Below, piece after piece: positions 11,574 through 20,378 of a DNA stretch of 64,000 nucleotides (position 1 is its first letter; each line of letters begins with the position of its first letter). Source of the stretch: Mobula hypostoma (lineage: Eukaryota); assembly GCF_963921235.1 (NCBI RefSeq), contig NC_086107.1, forward strand, positions 116,500,001-116,564,000, written 5' to 3'. The position numbers and the translations under genes are program-made. The notes under the pieces were generated by a model that had not been told where the DNA came from, did not search any database, and saw only the letters and a list, made by a program, of their open reading frames with translations.

Positions 11574-11939
11574 GATCGTTTCCATGGATGCTGCCTGACC
11601 TGCTGAGTTCCTCCAGCGTGTTGTGAGTGTTGCTCTGACCCCAGCATCTCCAGAGTATTTTGTGTTTACTTTTAGTAACAGACTCAGACAACTGGGCTGC
11701 TCCAAAGAGCACTTTCTGAGGTCATTCTTACCCTCGGCCATTAGGCTCTATAATGAGTCACACTATAGACGGGAAAGTGATGACTACCCTCCTGTTAGAG
11801 TGTTTGAGGTAACTTATGATGTTATTCTTAGTTCTAATATTTGTAATATTTCTAATACGTGCACTTGTTATGCTACTGTGACTCTGTAATTTCCTTTGGG
11901 ATCAATAAAGTATCCATTAACAACACTTAAAAGACACTC

Positions 11940-12520
11940 AGAGGGAACTGGGCCGAACACGGGCTGATGGGAATCTGGGTCGGCAGCGGCCCGACGGGCC
12001 GAATGGTCCGAGTCGCGGGTTTCGGATGGAACCGGTCGCCCCCCCCCCACATCCGGGGCGGCGAATAGACGCGCCCAGACCGGGGGGGGGGTACTTTCCA
12101 TTTGGCGAGCAGGGGCTGAGCAGAGCGATTCGCCGGAAGGAGTCCAGGGCCTACATCCATCCGCAAAGAGATTCTTATCTTCTGGCGTATCGCACCGATA
12201 TAAACCTCACCCGGCGAGAGGGACCAGCTCCCCACGGGATCGAGCGTCCCCCTGTGAACTGGGAGTTGGTGGTGCAGTCCTCCAGCCCCGGCTTTATAAG
12301 CGGCGGCGGCCATTGCGCGCTCTGCAGAGGCGGCCCGAGCTCCGCCCCGGGGAGGAGGGAGATCCGTGCGGCCGGAGTGCGGTGGCGACCGCCGGCTCTC
12401 ACCGCCGCCATGGCCAACGTTTTCCTGTTCGTGCCCAACCTGATTGGTGAGAATTACTCCGGTGGGCGGGACCGGACACGTCAATCATGGGGTTACGTTC
12501 GTTGGGTAGGCGGGGTCACA
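11940..12520 (+). promoter_or_regulatory. CpG island / CDIPT promoter and 5' UTR
   Basis: Sharp rise in GC and CpG density compared with the flanking repeats, spanning exon 1; TATA-like tttataag at 12293-12300; GC-box-like motifs. Confidence 0.75.
12410..12446 (+). CDS. CDIPT: CDIPT coding exon 1 (MANVFLFVPNLI G-)
   Basis: Consensus Kozak gccgccATGG; donor G|gtgaga; FLFVPNLIG motif. Confidence 0.95.
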
Positions 12521-15500
12521 GAACCCCGATTGTCCTGGGATCTTCCTCTGTAAACCACCCAACACTCACAGATCTCCCTCTGCAGCCTCTGACTGTCCTG
12601 GGATCTTCCTCTGCAAACCCCTCCCCAGCACATGCAGATTCTCCCTCTGACTCCTGGGATCTTGCTCTGTAACCCCCCCCCCCCCCGCCACACACACGGA
12701 TCTCCCTCTGCAGCCTCTGACTGTCCTGGGACCTTGCTCTGTAACCCCAGATCATAGAAGGATCCCCGTTATTCCCCTCTCTTCCAGGGGCACTGGCATC
12801 TTTTGCCCTTGGCTGTGACGCCTCTGTCTCCCCACAGGTTACGCACGGATTGTGCTGTTGCTGCTGTCGCTGTGGCTGATGCCCAGGTCCCCGCTTCCAG
12901 CTGTTTGCTGTTACCTGGGCAGCGCCTTGCTTGACGCTTTTGATGGATACGCAGCCCGCCTACTCAATCAGTGTAAGTTTGGTCCCCTTGACCTCTGACC
13001 TCACCCAGACCTAAGCCCTGACCTCCAAAGGCTCCACCTGAACTGTGAACCCCTGACTTCCCCATGAATCTTATCCTCCTCTGACGGACTCCAATCACCC
13101 TAAACCCTGACCAACGATCTTCAATAACTTCCTCAAAATGTGACCTCCCTCCTCCATCATCCCCAATTTCTGAACATTCTGATCTGCAAGCTCTGCTAAA
13201 TCCTGACTCCCCAACTTCTCCCGACACTGAACCCCAACCTCCCCTAACTTCTGCCCCCCAAAAAATTCCAGAACCATTGATCTCATCCCCAACCTCTTAA
13301 TCACCCCCATCTCAACTGAAACCTGACCTTTGACCTCCTTTTGCTGACCTTTCTGGAGCCCTCTGACCCTGACCCTTTGAATTCCAAACCAGCCTCCCTG
13401 ACCACCAGCTTCCCTCAACCACCCGTCCCCAACTTTCCTGAACCCTCTGAACTCTGACAATGATCTCTGACCTCAGACCCTTAACCTTACTGCACCCCTT
13501 GACCCTGTTGTCTGAACCTCCCCACCCCCACGTCTAACCTAACCTCCCTGAACTTTGTGAACCCAGTCTGACCTTCCACTCCTTTGCCCCCCCATTTCCT
13601 CCCCCCTCTCTCCCCATTCTCCCCCACCCTCATGGTTCTGTCGCTCCCCCCACAGGCAGCCGCCTGGGCTCGATGTTGGACATGCTGACAGACCGTTGCT
13701 CCACCCTGTGCCTGCTGATACAACTGAGTGTCCTGTACCCGTCGTACACACTCTGCCTGCAGCTCAGTGCTGCCATCGACATCGCCAGCCACTGGGTCCA
13801 CATGTACAGGTACGGGCAGGGCTGGGGGGGTTGTGCCAAAGCGTGCAGGGGTCAGGGGAGGGAGGGTGAAGGGTGCTGGGGAGTGTGGGAGAGGGTTTGT
13901 GGTAGGGGGGTCCCGAGGGTGTGGGGTGAGGAAGGGGAAGGAGGGTATAACTGCTTCCCAACTCTTGAAACCCCATTGTAATCCCGAGACTGTCCCTCGC
14001 TGCCCTCCCCCAGCCCCACTTTGTCAGGTGTGCATGGGGTGATGCGTAGGTCTCAGGAGTGGGTCAGAGAACCGACTCACCCCTCCCTTCTGTCTTCTCC
14101 ACACTCTGTCCAACAGTGTCAACCTTCGGGGATCCGCAAGCCACAAACAGATCCACCGCGATGGGAATCGTATCCTGCATTACTACTACTCCAGTAGGGT
14201 AGGTGAAACCTCATCTCTGTCTCCCCCTCCCCTCCCTCCCTGTCTCTGTACCCCCCCATCTCCATCAGAGGTGTCTCCATTTCACAGCAAGAGGGGAGAC
14301 TTAACAAACAACTCGATGGTTTACGACATTAAAAGTCTGTTGTGTCGCTTTTTCTGAGCTCTGTGCCGGAAGATCTCAGCTCTCTGGGCACACAGCCGTC
14401 TCCCACGACACACCGATCTCCTGCCCGGACACTTGACCTTTGATCCGCCCGTCTCCAGAGCCACGGGATCCCAGCCCTCCGAAGGCGAGGGGATCTCTTA
14501 GGCCGAACCCTTGGCATGTTGAATAACGGCCAGTCATGAAACCCCGAGGACGGGTCCCATTCCCGCAAAGGACCGAAGTCGGCGTGTAACTCCAGGTCAG
14601 GGTCTTCAAAGGAACCTGAAAGGGAAAACCAGAGATATTAAACGCGGAAATAGAGCTGTTTCTGAAGATGCAAGGAAAGGAGTCGCCGTTAGGCGCCATT
14701 AACCCTCTTAAGCTCCCCCTCCCCATCTCTGTCACCCCCTCCTGTCTTGTATCTGTTACCACCTCTATCCCTTATATCTCTCCCCATCTCAGTCACTCCC
14801 TCCCCCCAATCTCTGTCACCCTCACCTTCCCGTATGCCCCATTTATCTCCGTCACCCCCTTCCCTCTCCTATCTGTCACCCCCTCCCTCCCGTACACCCC
14901 TCCCTTCCTACTCTACACCCCACCCTGTCTCTTGCCCCTCTGCTCTCCTATTCGTGTGTCCACTGTCTCTCTTCCCTCCCCTCAACCTATTCCCCTGATA
15001 ATCTCACACCCGACGCCCCTCCCTGTCTCCGTTGCTCCCCCCACCTGTTGTCCTGCCTATCTCACACCGTGGTGCCTGGATTTCTTAGGGTGATGCCTGG
15101 TCTCTCTCCCCCCTCACAGACTGTGCTGTTCCTGATGTGCGCAGGGAACGAGCTGTTTTACCTGCTGCTCTACGTGTTGTACTTCACCGAGGGGCCCACA
15201 GGTAAGTCTGTCTCTTCCATATCCACCAGTCTATCTGAAGTCCAGTTACAATGCTACTGCCGTTCTCCCTCGTCCTCTTTCCCAAAGCATCTTGTCCCGA
15301 TGTACCAGTGCTCGGCCCGTGACCGTAGAAACCAGGGAGCCTTGTGCTCATGGCTCAGCGCGTCATGGCAGCCGTCCTCCTATTGACAGGTTTTGTCTGC
15401 AGCCAGCATAATCGAAGACCCAGATACCCCCTCTCCCATCAGCTCTCCCTCCCACATGGTTCTTGGGCCAAGTGTCTGATTGATCTGTCCCCTCAGTAAA

Positions 15501-18306
15501 TCATCTCCCCTTGTCCAATTCCCATCTCACACTCTCCCTCTCTCTGTCACACTCTCCCCATCTCCCTCTCTCACACTCTCCCTCTCTCTCTCACACTCTC
15601 CCCATCTCCCTCTCTCACACTCTCCCTCTCTGTGTCACACTCTCCCCATCTCCCTCTCTCACACTCTCCCCATCTCCCTCTCTCACACTCTCCCTCTCTC
15701 TCACACTCTCCCCATCTCCCTCTCTCACACTCTCCCTCTCTCTGTCACACTCTCCCCATCTCCCTCTCTCACACTCTCCCTCTCTCTGTCACACTCTCCC
15801 CATCTCCCTCTCTCACACTCTCCCTCTCTCTCTCACACTCTCCCCATCTCCCTCTCTCTGTCACACTCTCCCCATCTCCCTCTCTCACACTCTCCCTCTC
15901 TCTCACACTCTCCCCATCTCCCTCTCTCACACTCTCCCTCTCTCTCACACTCTCCCCATCTCCCTCTCTCACACTCTCCCTCTCTCTGTCACACTCTCCC
16001 CATCTCCCTCTCTCACACTCTCCCCCTCTCTGTCACACTCTCCCCATCTCCCTCTCTCACACTCTCCCTCTCTCTCTCACACTCTCCCCATCTCCCTCTC
16101 TCTGTCACACTCTCCCCATCTCCCTCTCTCACACTCTCCCTCTCTCTGTCACACTCTCCCATCTCCCTCTCTCACACTCTCGCTCTCTCTGTCACACTCT
16201 CCCCATCTCCCTCTCTCACACTCTCCCCATCTCCCTCTCTCTGTCACACTCTCCCCATCTCCCTCTCTCACACTCTCCCTCTCTCTGTCACACTCTCCCC
16301 ATCTCCCTCTCTCACACTCTCCCTCTCTCTGTCACACTCTCCCTCTCTCTGTCACACTCTCCCCATCTCCCTCTCTCACACTCTCCCTCTCTCTGTCACA
16401 CTCTCCCCATCTCCCTCTCTCACACTCTCCCTCTCTCTGTCACACTCTCCCCATCTCCCTCTCTCACACTCTCCCTCTCTCTGTCACACTCTCCCCATCT
16501 CCCTCTCTCTGTCACACTCTCCCCATCTCCCTCTCTCACACTCTCCCTCTCTGTGTCAGACACTCTCCCCCCCCCCCCATCTTTCTGTCTCTCACGGTCC
16601 CTCAGACGACTGGAGAATTGCAAACGTCACTCCACTCTTTAAGAAAGGGGGAAGGCAGCAGAAGGTAAATGATAGACCAGTTAGCCTGACCTCAGTGGTT
16701 GGGAAGATGTTGGAGTCAATTGTTAAGGATGAGGTGATGGAGTACTTGGTGACACAGGACAAGATAGTACAAAGTCAGCATGGTTTCCTTAAGGGATAAT
16801 CTGCCTGACAAACCTGTTGGAATTCTTTAAGGAGATTACAAGTAGGATAGATGAAGGGGATTCAGTGGATGTTAAATATTTGGACTTTCAGAATGTCTTT
16901 GACAAGGTGCCACACGTGAGGCTGCTTACCAAGTGAAGAGCCCATGGTATTACAGGAAAGTTACTAACATGGTTAGAGCATTTGCTGATTGCTAGGAGGC
17001 AGTGAGTGGGAATAAAGGGATCCTTGTCTGGTTGGCTGCCAGTGACTAGTGGTGTTCCGCAGGGGTCGGTCTTTTTACGCTGTGTATGAATGATTTAGAT
17101 GATGGAATAGATGAGTTCGTTGTCAAGTTTGCAGATGATATGAAGATTGGTGGAGGAGCAGGTAGTGTTGAGGATACAGGTAGGATGCAGAAGGACTTAG
17201 ACAATTAGGAGAACAGGGAATAAAGTGGCAAATAAAATACATTTTGGTAGTAGAAATAAATGTCCAGTCTATTTTCTAAATGGAGAGAACATCCAGGAAT
17301 CTGAGATGCAGTGGGAGCTGGGAGTCCTTGTGTAGAACACCCTGAAGGTTAACTTGCGGGTTGAGTCAGTGGTGAGGAAGGCAGATGCCATGTTAGCATT
17401 CATTTCAAGAGGTCTAGAATACAAGAGCAGGGATGTGATGCTGAGGCTTTATAAGGCACTGGTGAGGCCTCACCTTGAGTATTGTGAACAGTTTGGGGCC
17501 CCTCATCTTGGAAAAGATGTGCTGGCATTGGAGAGGGTCCAGAGGAGGTTCACAAGGATGATTCCAGGAATGAAAGTGTTATCATATGAGGAACATTTGA
17601 TGGCTCTAGGTCTGTACTCGCTGGAATTCAGAAGGATGAGGGAGGATCTCATTGAAACCTTTCAAATGTTGAAAGGCCTAGACAGAGAAGATGTGGAAAG
17701 GATGTTTCCCATGGTGGGAGAGTCCAGGACAAGAGGGCACAGCCTCAGGATAGAGGGGCGCCCTTTCAAAACAGAGATGTGGAGAAATTTCTTTAACCAG
17801 AGGGTGGTGAGTTTGTGGAGTTTGTTGCCACGTGCAGTTGTGGAGGCCAGGCTGTTGGGTGTATTTACGGCAGAGATTGATAGGTTCCTATTTGGGCATG
17901 GCATCAAAGGTTACGGGGAGAAGGCCGGGAACTGGGGTTGAAGAGGAGATTTTTTAAAAATGACAATGGCAGAGCAGGCTCGATGGGCCAGATGGCCTAA
18001 TTCTGCTCCTATGTCTTATGGTCTTGTGTTTCACGTGCTCTATGCTGCCTCCCCGTCTCACACACTCCCTCCCTCTGTGTCACACTCCTTCCTGTCTCCC
18101 TGCCTGACACTCCGTCTCTCTCCCCTGCAGTTGTAGGACTGGCTGTTGGATGGATCCGTTTCCTGGTCTGGCTCACCGCCCCGGTCTCAGTGACCAAGAC
18201 CCTGATCAGCCTGGTCCAGATGGTGTCCGCAGCCCAGGACTTGGCCCAGATGGACCAGAGGGATCACCATGGGCAGCTGGATTCGTGCAGGGACAAGGCG
18301 GAATGA
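12410..18306 (+). CDS. CDIPT: CDP-diacylglycerol--inositol 3-phosphatidyltransferase (PI synthase), spliced CDS join(12410..12446,12838..12972,13656..13809,14117..14198,15120..15201,18131..18306), 666 nt, 221 aa
   Basis: Manual splicing gives an open frame MANVFLFVPNLIGYARIVLLLLSLWLMPRSPLPAVCCYLGSALLDAFDGYAARLLNQCSRLGSMLDMLTDRCSTLCLL...SHWVHMYSVNLRGSASHKQIHRDGNRILHYYYSSRTVLFLMCAGNELFYLLLYVLYFTEGPTVVGLAVGWIRFLVWLTAP...DSCRDKAE*. The CDP-alcohol phosphotransferase motif DxxDGxxAR...GxxLDxxxD is intact, all introns are GT-AG, and the motifs match vertebrate CDIPT as recalled. Confidence 0.96.
12525..12752. repeat. ~60-bp tandem repeat, ~4 degenerate copies, in CDIPT intron 1
   Basis: Recurring gatctccctctgcagcctctgactgtcctgggatctt..tctgtaa. 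Confidence 0.8.
12838..12972 (+). CDS. CDIPT: CDIPT coding exon 2 (135 nt)
   Basis: Acceptor ctccccacag|; encodes YARIV...LLDAFDGYAARLLNQ; donor T|gtaagt. Confidence 0.95.
13656..13809 (+). CDS. CDIPT: CDIPT coding exon 3 (154 nt)
   Basis: Acceptor cccccacag|; encodes SRLGSMLDMLTDRCST...IASHWVHMY; donor AG|gtacgg. Confidence 0.95.
14117..14198 (+). CDS. CDIPT: CDIPT coding exon 4 (82 nt)
   Basis: Acceptor ctgtccaacag|; encodes VNLRGSASHKQIHRDGNRILHYYYSSR; donor AGG|gtaggt. Confidence 0.92.
14282..14712 (-). mobile_element. CpG-rich interspersed repeat in intron 4 (LINE 5' UTR-like, unclassified)
   Basis: A mixed-composition, CpG-rich block abruptly interrupts a pyrimidine-rich intron; the reverse strand starts aatggcgcctaacggcgactcc. 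Confidence 0.4.
15120..15201 (+). CDS. CDIPT: CDIPT coding exon 5 (82 nt)
   Basis: Acceptor ccctcacag|; encodes TVLFLMCAGNELFYLLLYVLYFTEGPT; donor G|gtaagt. Confidence 0.95.
15525..16560. repeat. C/T-rich minisatellite in intron 5 (cacactctccccatctccctctct alternating with cacactctccctctctctgt)
   Basis: About 1 kb of tandem 18-26-nt units; almost no G on the + strand. Confidence 0.95.
16604..18026 (+). mobile_element. 5'-truncated CR1 LINE in CDIPT intron 5, sense orientation
   Basis: DDWRIANVTPLFKKG…RPVSLTSVVGK…KFADD…ORF 17354..17941; CR1 3' UTR ending ttctgctcctatgtcttatggtctt. Confidence 0.92.
18131..18306 (+). CDS. CDIPT: CDIPT coding exon 6 (terminal, TGA at 18304-18306)
   Basis: Acceptor tcccctgcag|; encodes VVGLAVGWIRFLVWLTAPVSVTKTLISLVQMVSAAQDLAQMDQRDHHGQLDSCRDKAE*. 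Confidence 0.92.
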
Positions 18307-19017
18307 TGGGTTGTGGGAGAGAGAGACCCACAGCCCCCTCCCCAGCACTGTCTGAGGGAGGATCTAGTCCCTAAGGATTCATACCACCCTAACAATCATG
18401 GTGAGAGTGGGTGAGGGGGAGGACAGGTAAAACCTCCAAACCTCCTCCTCCGTGAGGATGAGAGAGGGGGGGATGGTGAGGGTTGAGGGGAGGGGTCAGA
18501 AAGGGAAGGAGTGTATCAGGGAGGGAGAGAAAGCGAAGGAGGGATAGTGTGACGGAGTGGGAGAGGGTCAGGGAGGGAGAGTGAAAGAGGGCGAGGGCAT
18601 GTGACAGAGAGAGAGGATTAAGGAGGGTGTGTTGGAGAGAGGGAGGAGATGGAGAGGAGTGTGACGGAGGGAGAGGGAAGGAGTGTGTTGGGTGGGGGAG
18701 AGGTGGAGAGCGTGAGAGGGAGGATGAGGATGGAGAGAGTGGGTCGGAGGGGAGAGAGGGAAGGAGTACATCGGGGGGGTCGGGGTGGAAGATTGGGAGC
18801 TAAAGAGAGATGGAGTGAGTGTGTCAGGGAGGGGAGGAGAGAGGGAGATAGAGGGATGGAAAGCGTATGAAGGAGGGAAGGAACCTTGGCTATTGGGGGG
18901 AGGGTACTGGCCCCACCCTTGGCAACCCCATAGAGGGAGGGGCAAAACCAAGGGTTCTGGGGGAGGTGGGGTGCCACCTTCGGGGACCAGAGGATACGGC
19001 ATGTGGAGCATCTGATG

Positions 19018-19023
19018 AATAAA
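19018..19023 (+). terminator. Probable CDIPT poly(A) signal AATAAA (3' UTR ~0.73 kb)
   Basis: First AATAAA seen after the stop codon, followed ~20 nt later by the GU-rich ggtgttgttatt. Confidence 0.6.
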
Positions 19024-19395
19024 TGCCTTTGTCACCCAGAGACTGGTGTTGTTATTAAGTTCGGGGGGTGGGGAGGGATTGAGGTGGATGGGAGGGGAGT
19101 CGGCTGTGCTGGCGTTCCACTTATGACTGTGTGGCTGAGCACGGACAGCTGCAATACCATATTCGAGCTGGCGGACGACACCAGCATTGAGGAGGGAGAT
19201 TGTAACAACCTCTCGCTCAACACCAAGACCACGGGGATCATCACTGACTTCGGGAGAAGGAAACTGGAGGTCCATGAGCCGGTCCTCGTTGGAGGATCAG
19301 GGAGAGAGGGAGGGGTTATTATTCCAGATGACCTGTCAGTGTTGTTACGGAGGAGGCATGGCAACGCCTCTATTTCCTCAGCAGTTCGTGGAGAT

Positions 19396-19441
19396 GAGAC
19401 AGACTTACCTGTGGGACCCTCAGTGAAGTACAACACGTAGA
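19396..19441 (-). other. Inverted 46-bp copy of CDIPT exon 5 3' end plus splice donor
   Basis: Reverse complement tctacgtgttgtacttcactgagggtcccacaggtaagtctgtctc matches 15169-15214 at 44/46. Confidence 0.93.
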
Positions 19442-19971
19442 TGTGTGGTGGCTGCTCGGAGCCCAGTGTGGACACATCAAAGCTATTGAATAGAAAAGCC
19501 GACAAAGAGACAGCGGCTGCAGCCCACCCACCCTCGAGCACATCTGCACGGAGCGCTGTCGCAGGAAAGCAGCATCTATCATCGGGGACCCCCACCACCA
19601 GGACGTGCTCTCTCCTCGCTGCTGCCATCGGGAAGGAGGTCCAGGAGCCTCAGGACTCACCCCACCAGGTTCAGGAACAACCTCAACCATCAGCTTCCTG
19701 AACCAGAGGGGATAACTTCACTGACCCCAACCACGAACAGATCGCACAACCTATGGACTCATGTTCAAGGGTTGCCTCGACAACTCATGGTCTTAATATT
19801 TATTACTTATTTATTTTTCTCGTGTTTGTGCAGTTTGTCTTCATTGCACGTTGGTCGGCAGTCTCTGTGTGTAGTTCTTCATTGATTCTATTGCATTTCT
19901 TTGTTCTACTGTGAATACCCACAAGAAGATGAATTTCAGAGCAGAATACGGTAACATATAGGTACTTTGAA

Positions 19972-19977
19972 AATAAA
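19972..19977 (+). terminator. Possible distal poly(A) signal supplied by a LINE 3' end
   Basis: AATAAA in the tail of the sense-oriented LINE remnant at 19120-19995. Confidence 0.35.
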
Positions 19978-20129
19978 TTTACTTTCAACTTTGAGAGGGG
20001 AGGGGGAGGTGGATGAGGGAGGGGACATTATTTAGCCACTAATTACTAATTTAATTGATTGTGCATGACACTGTGAGCCACTGGGCCTGTTCCTGTGTCA
20101 TACTGTCCTAGTTCGGCCAGTCTGCACTG

Positions 20130-20378
20130 CCATCGTGATTTATTCTCCATCTCAACCTCAGCCTCCTTCCTTCTCGGTGTAACCCTTGATACCCTGACTA
20201 ATCAAGAACATATCACCCTCCCCTTTAAATATACCCAACGACCAGGCCTCCAAAGCTGACTGGCAAAGAATTCCACAGATTCACCATCATCGGATAAAGA
20301 AATTCCTAATTTCTGTTCTAAAGGGCCGTCCCTCTATTCTGAAGCTGTGCCCTCTGGTGTGAGGCTTCCCCATCATAG
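20130..20378 (-). mobile_element. CR1 3' fragment abutting the satellite
   Basis: aattccacagattcacc…tctgttctaaagggccgtccctctattctgaagctgtgccctctggt is the reverse of the TRGHS/FFSQR region. Confidence 0.7.

Larger units (their letters stand above)
11441..11667. mobile_element. Palindromic non-autonomous Penelope-type element with 13-bp TSD
   Basis: ~92-bp inverted arms (about 11437-11529 and 11539-11631); TSD acttttagtaaca at 11428-11440 and 11668-11680; hammerhead cores present. Confidence 0.75.
10925..11915 (+). mobile_element. Rex1-like LINE 3' portion interrupted by a palindromic insertion
   Basis: ORF 11032.. (YEYL…LYFLRRLR…SHPLH) resumes after 11680 as SNRLRQLGCSKEHFLRSFLPSAIRLYN; ends gggatcaataaagtat. 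Confidence 0.88.
19120..19995 (+). mobile_element. Degraded Rex1/L2-like LINE 3' portion downstream of CDIPT
   Basis: IFELADDT…NNLSLNTKT…DFGR…LYFL; the 3' end is similar to 7070-7500 and the reverse of 2700-2870. Confidence 0.7.

Noticed and set aside
5035..11915. Large inverted repeat (5.0-5.7 kb versus 11.0-11.9 kb) as the ends of one composite element
   Set aside because: These are two independent, diverged, 5'-truncated copies of the same LINE family, each with its own 3' tail.
12026..12409. In-frame upstream ATG giving a 128-aa N-terminal extension of CDIPT
   Set aside because: Open frames are expected in a GC-rich island; ATG 12410 has a consensus Kozak and matches the conserved CDIPT start, and the extension resembles nothing I recognise.
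15480..16799. Long S/L/H/P-rich ORFs (336-439 aa)
   Set aside because: They arise from a stop-free C/T minisatellite in intron 5 running into a CR1 fragment.
19032..19628. 198-aa minus-strand ORF containing YVLYFTEGPT as a second CDIPT gene
   Set aside because: Only the 46-nt insert is CDIPT-derived; the rest is antisense LINE sequence.
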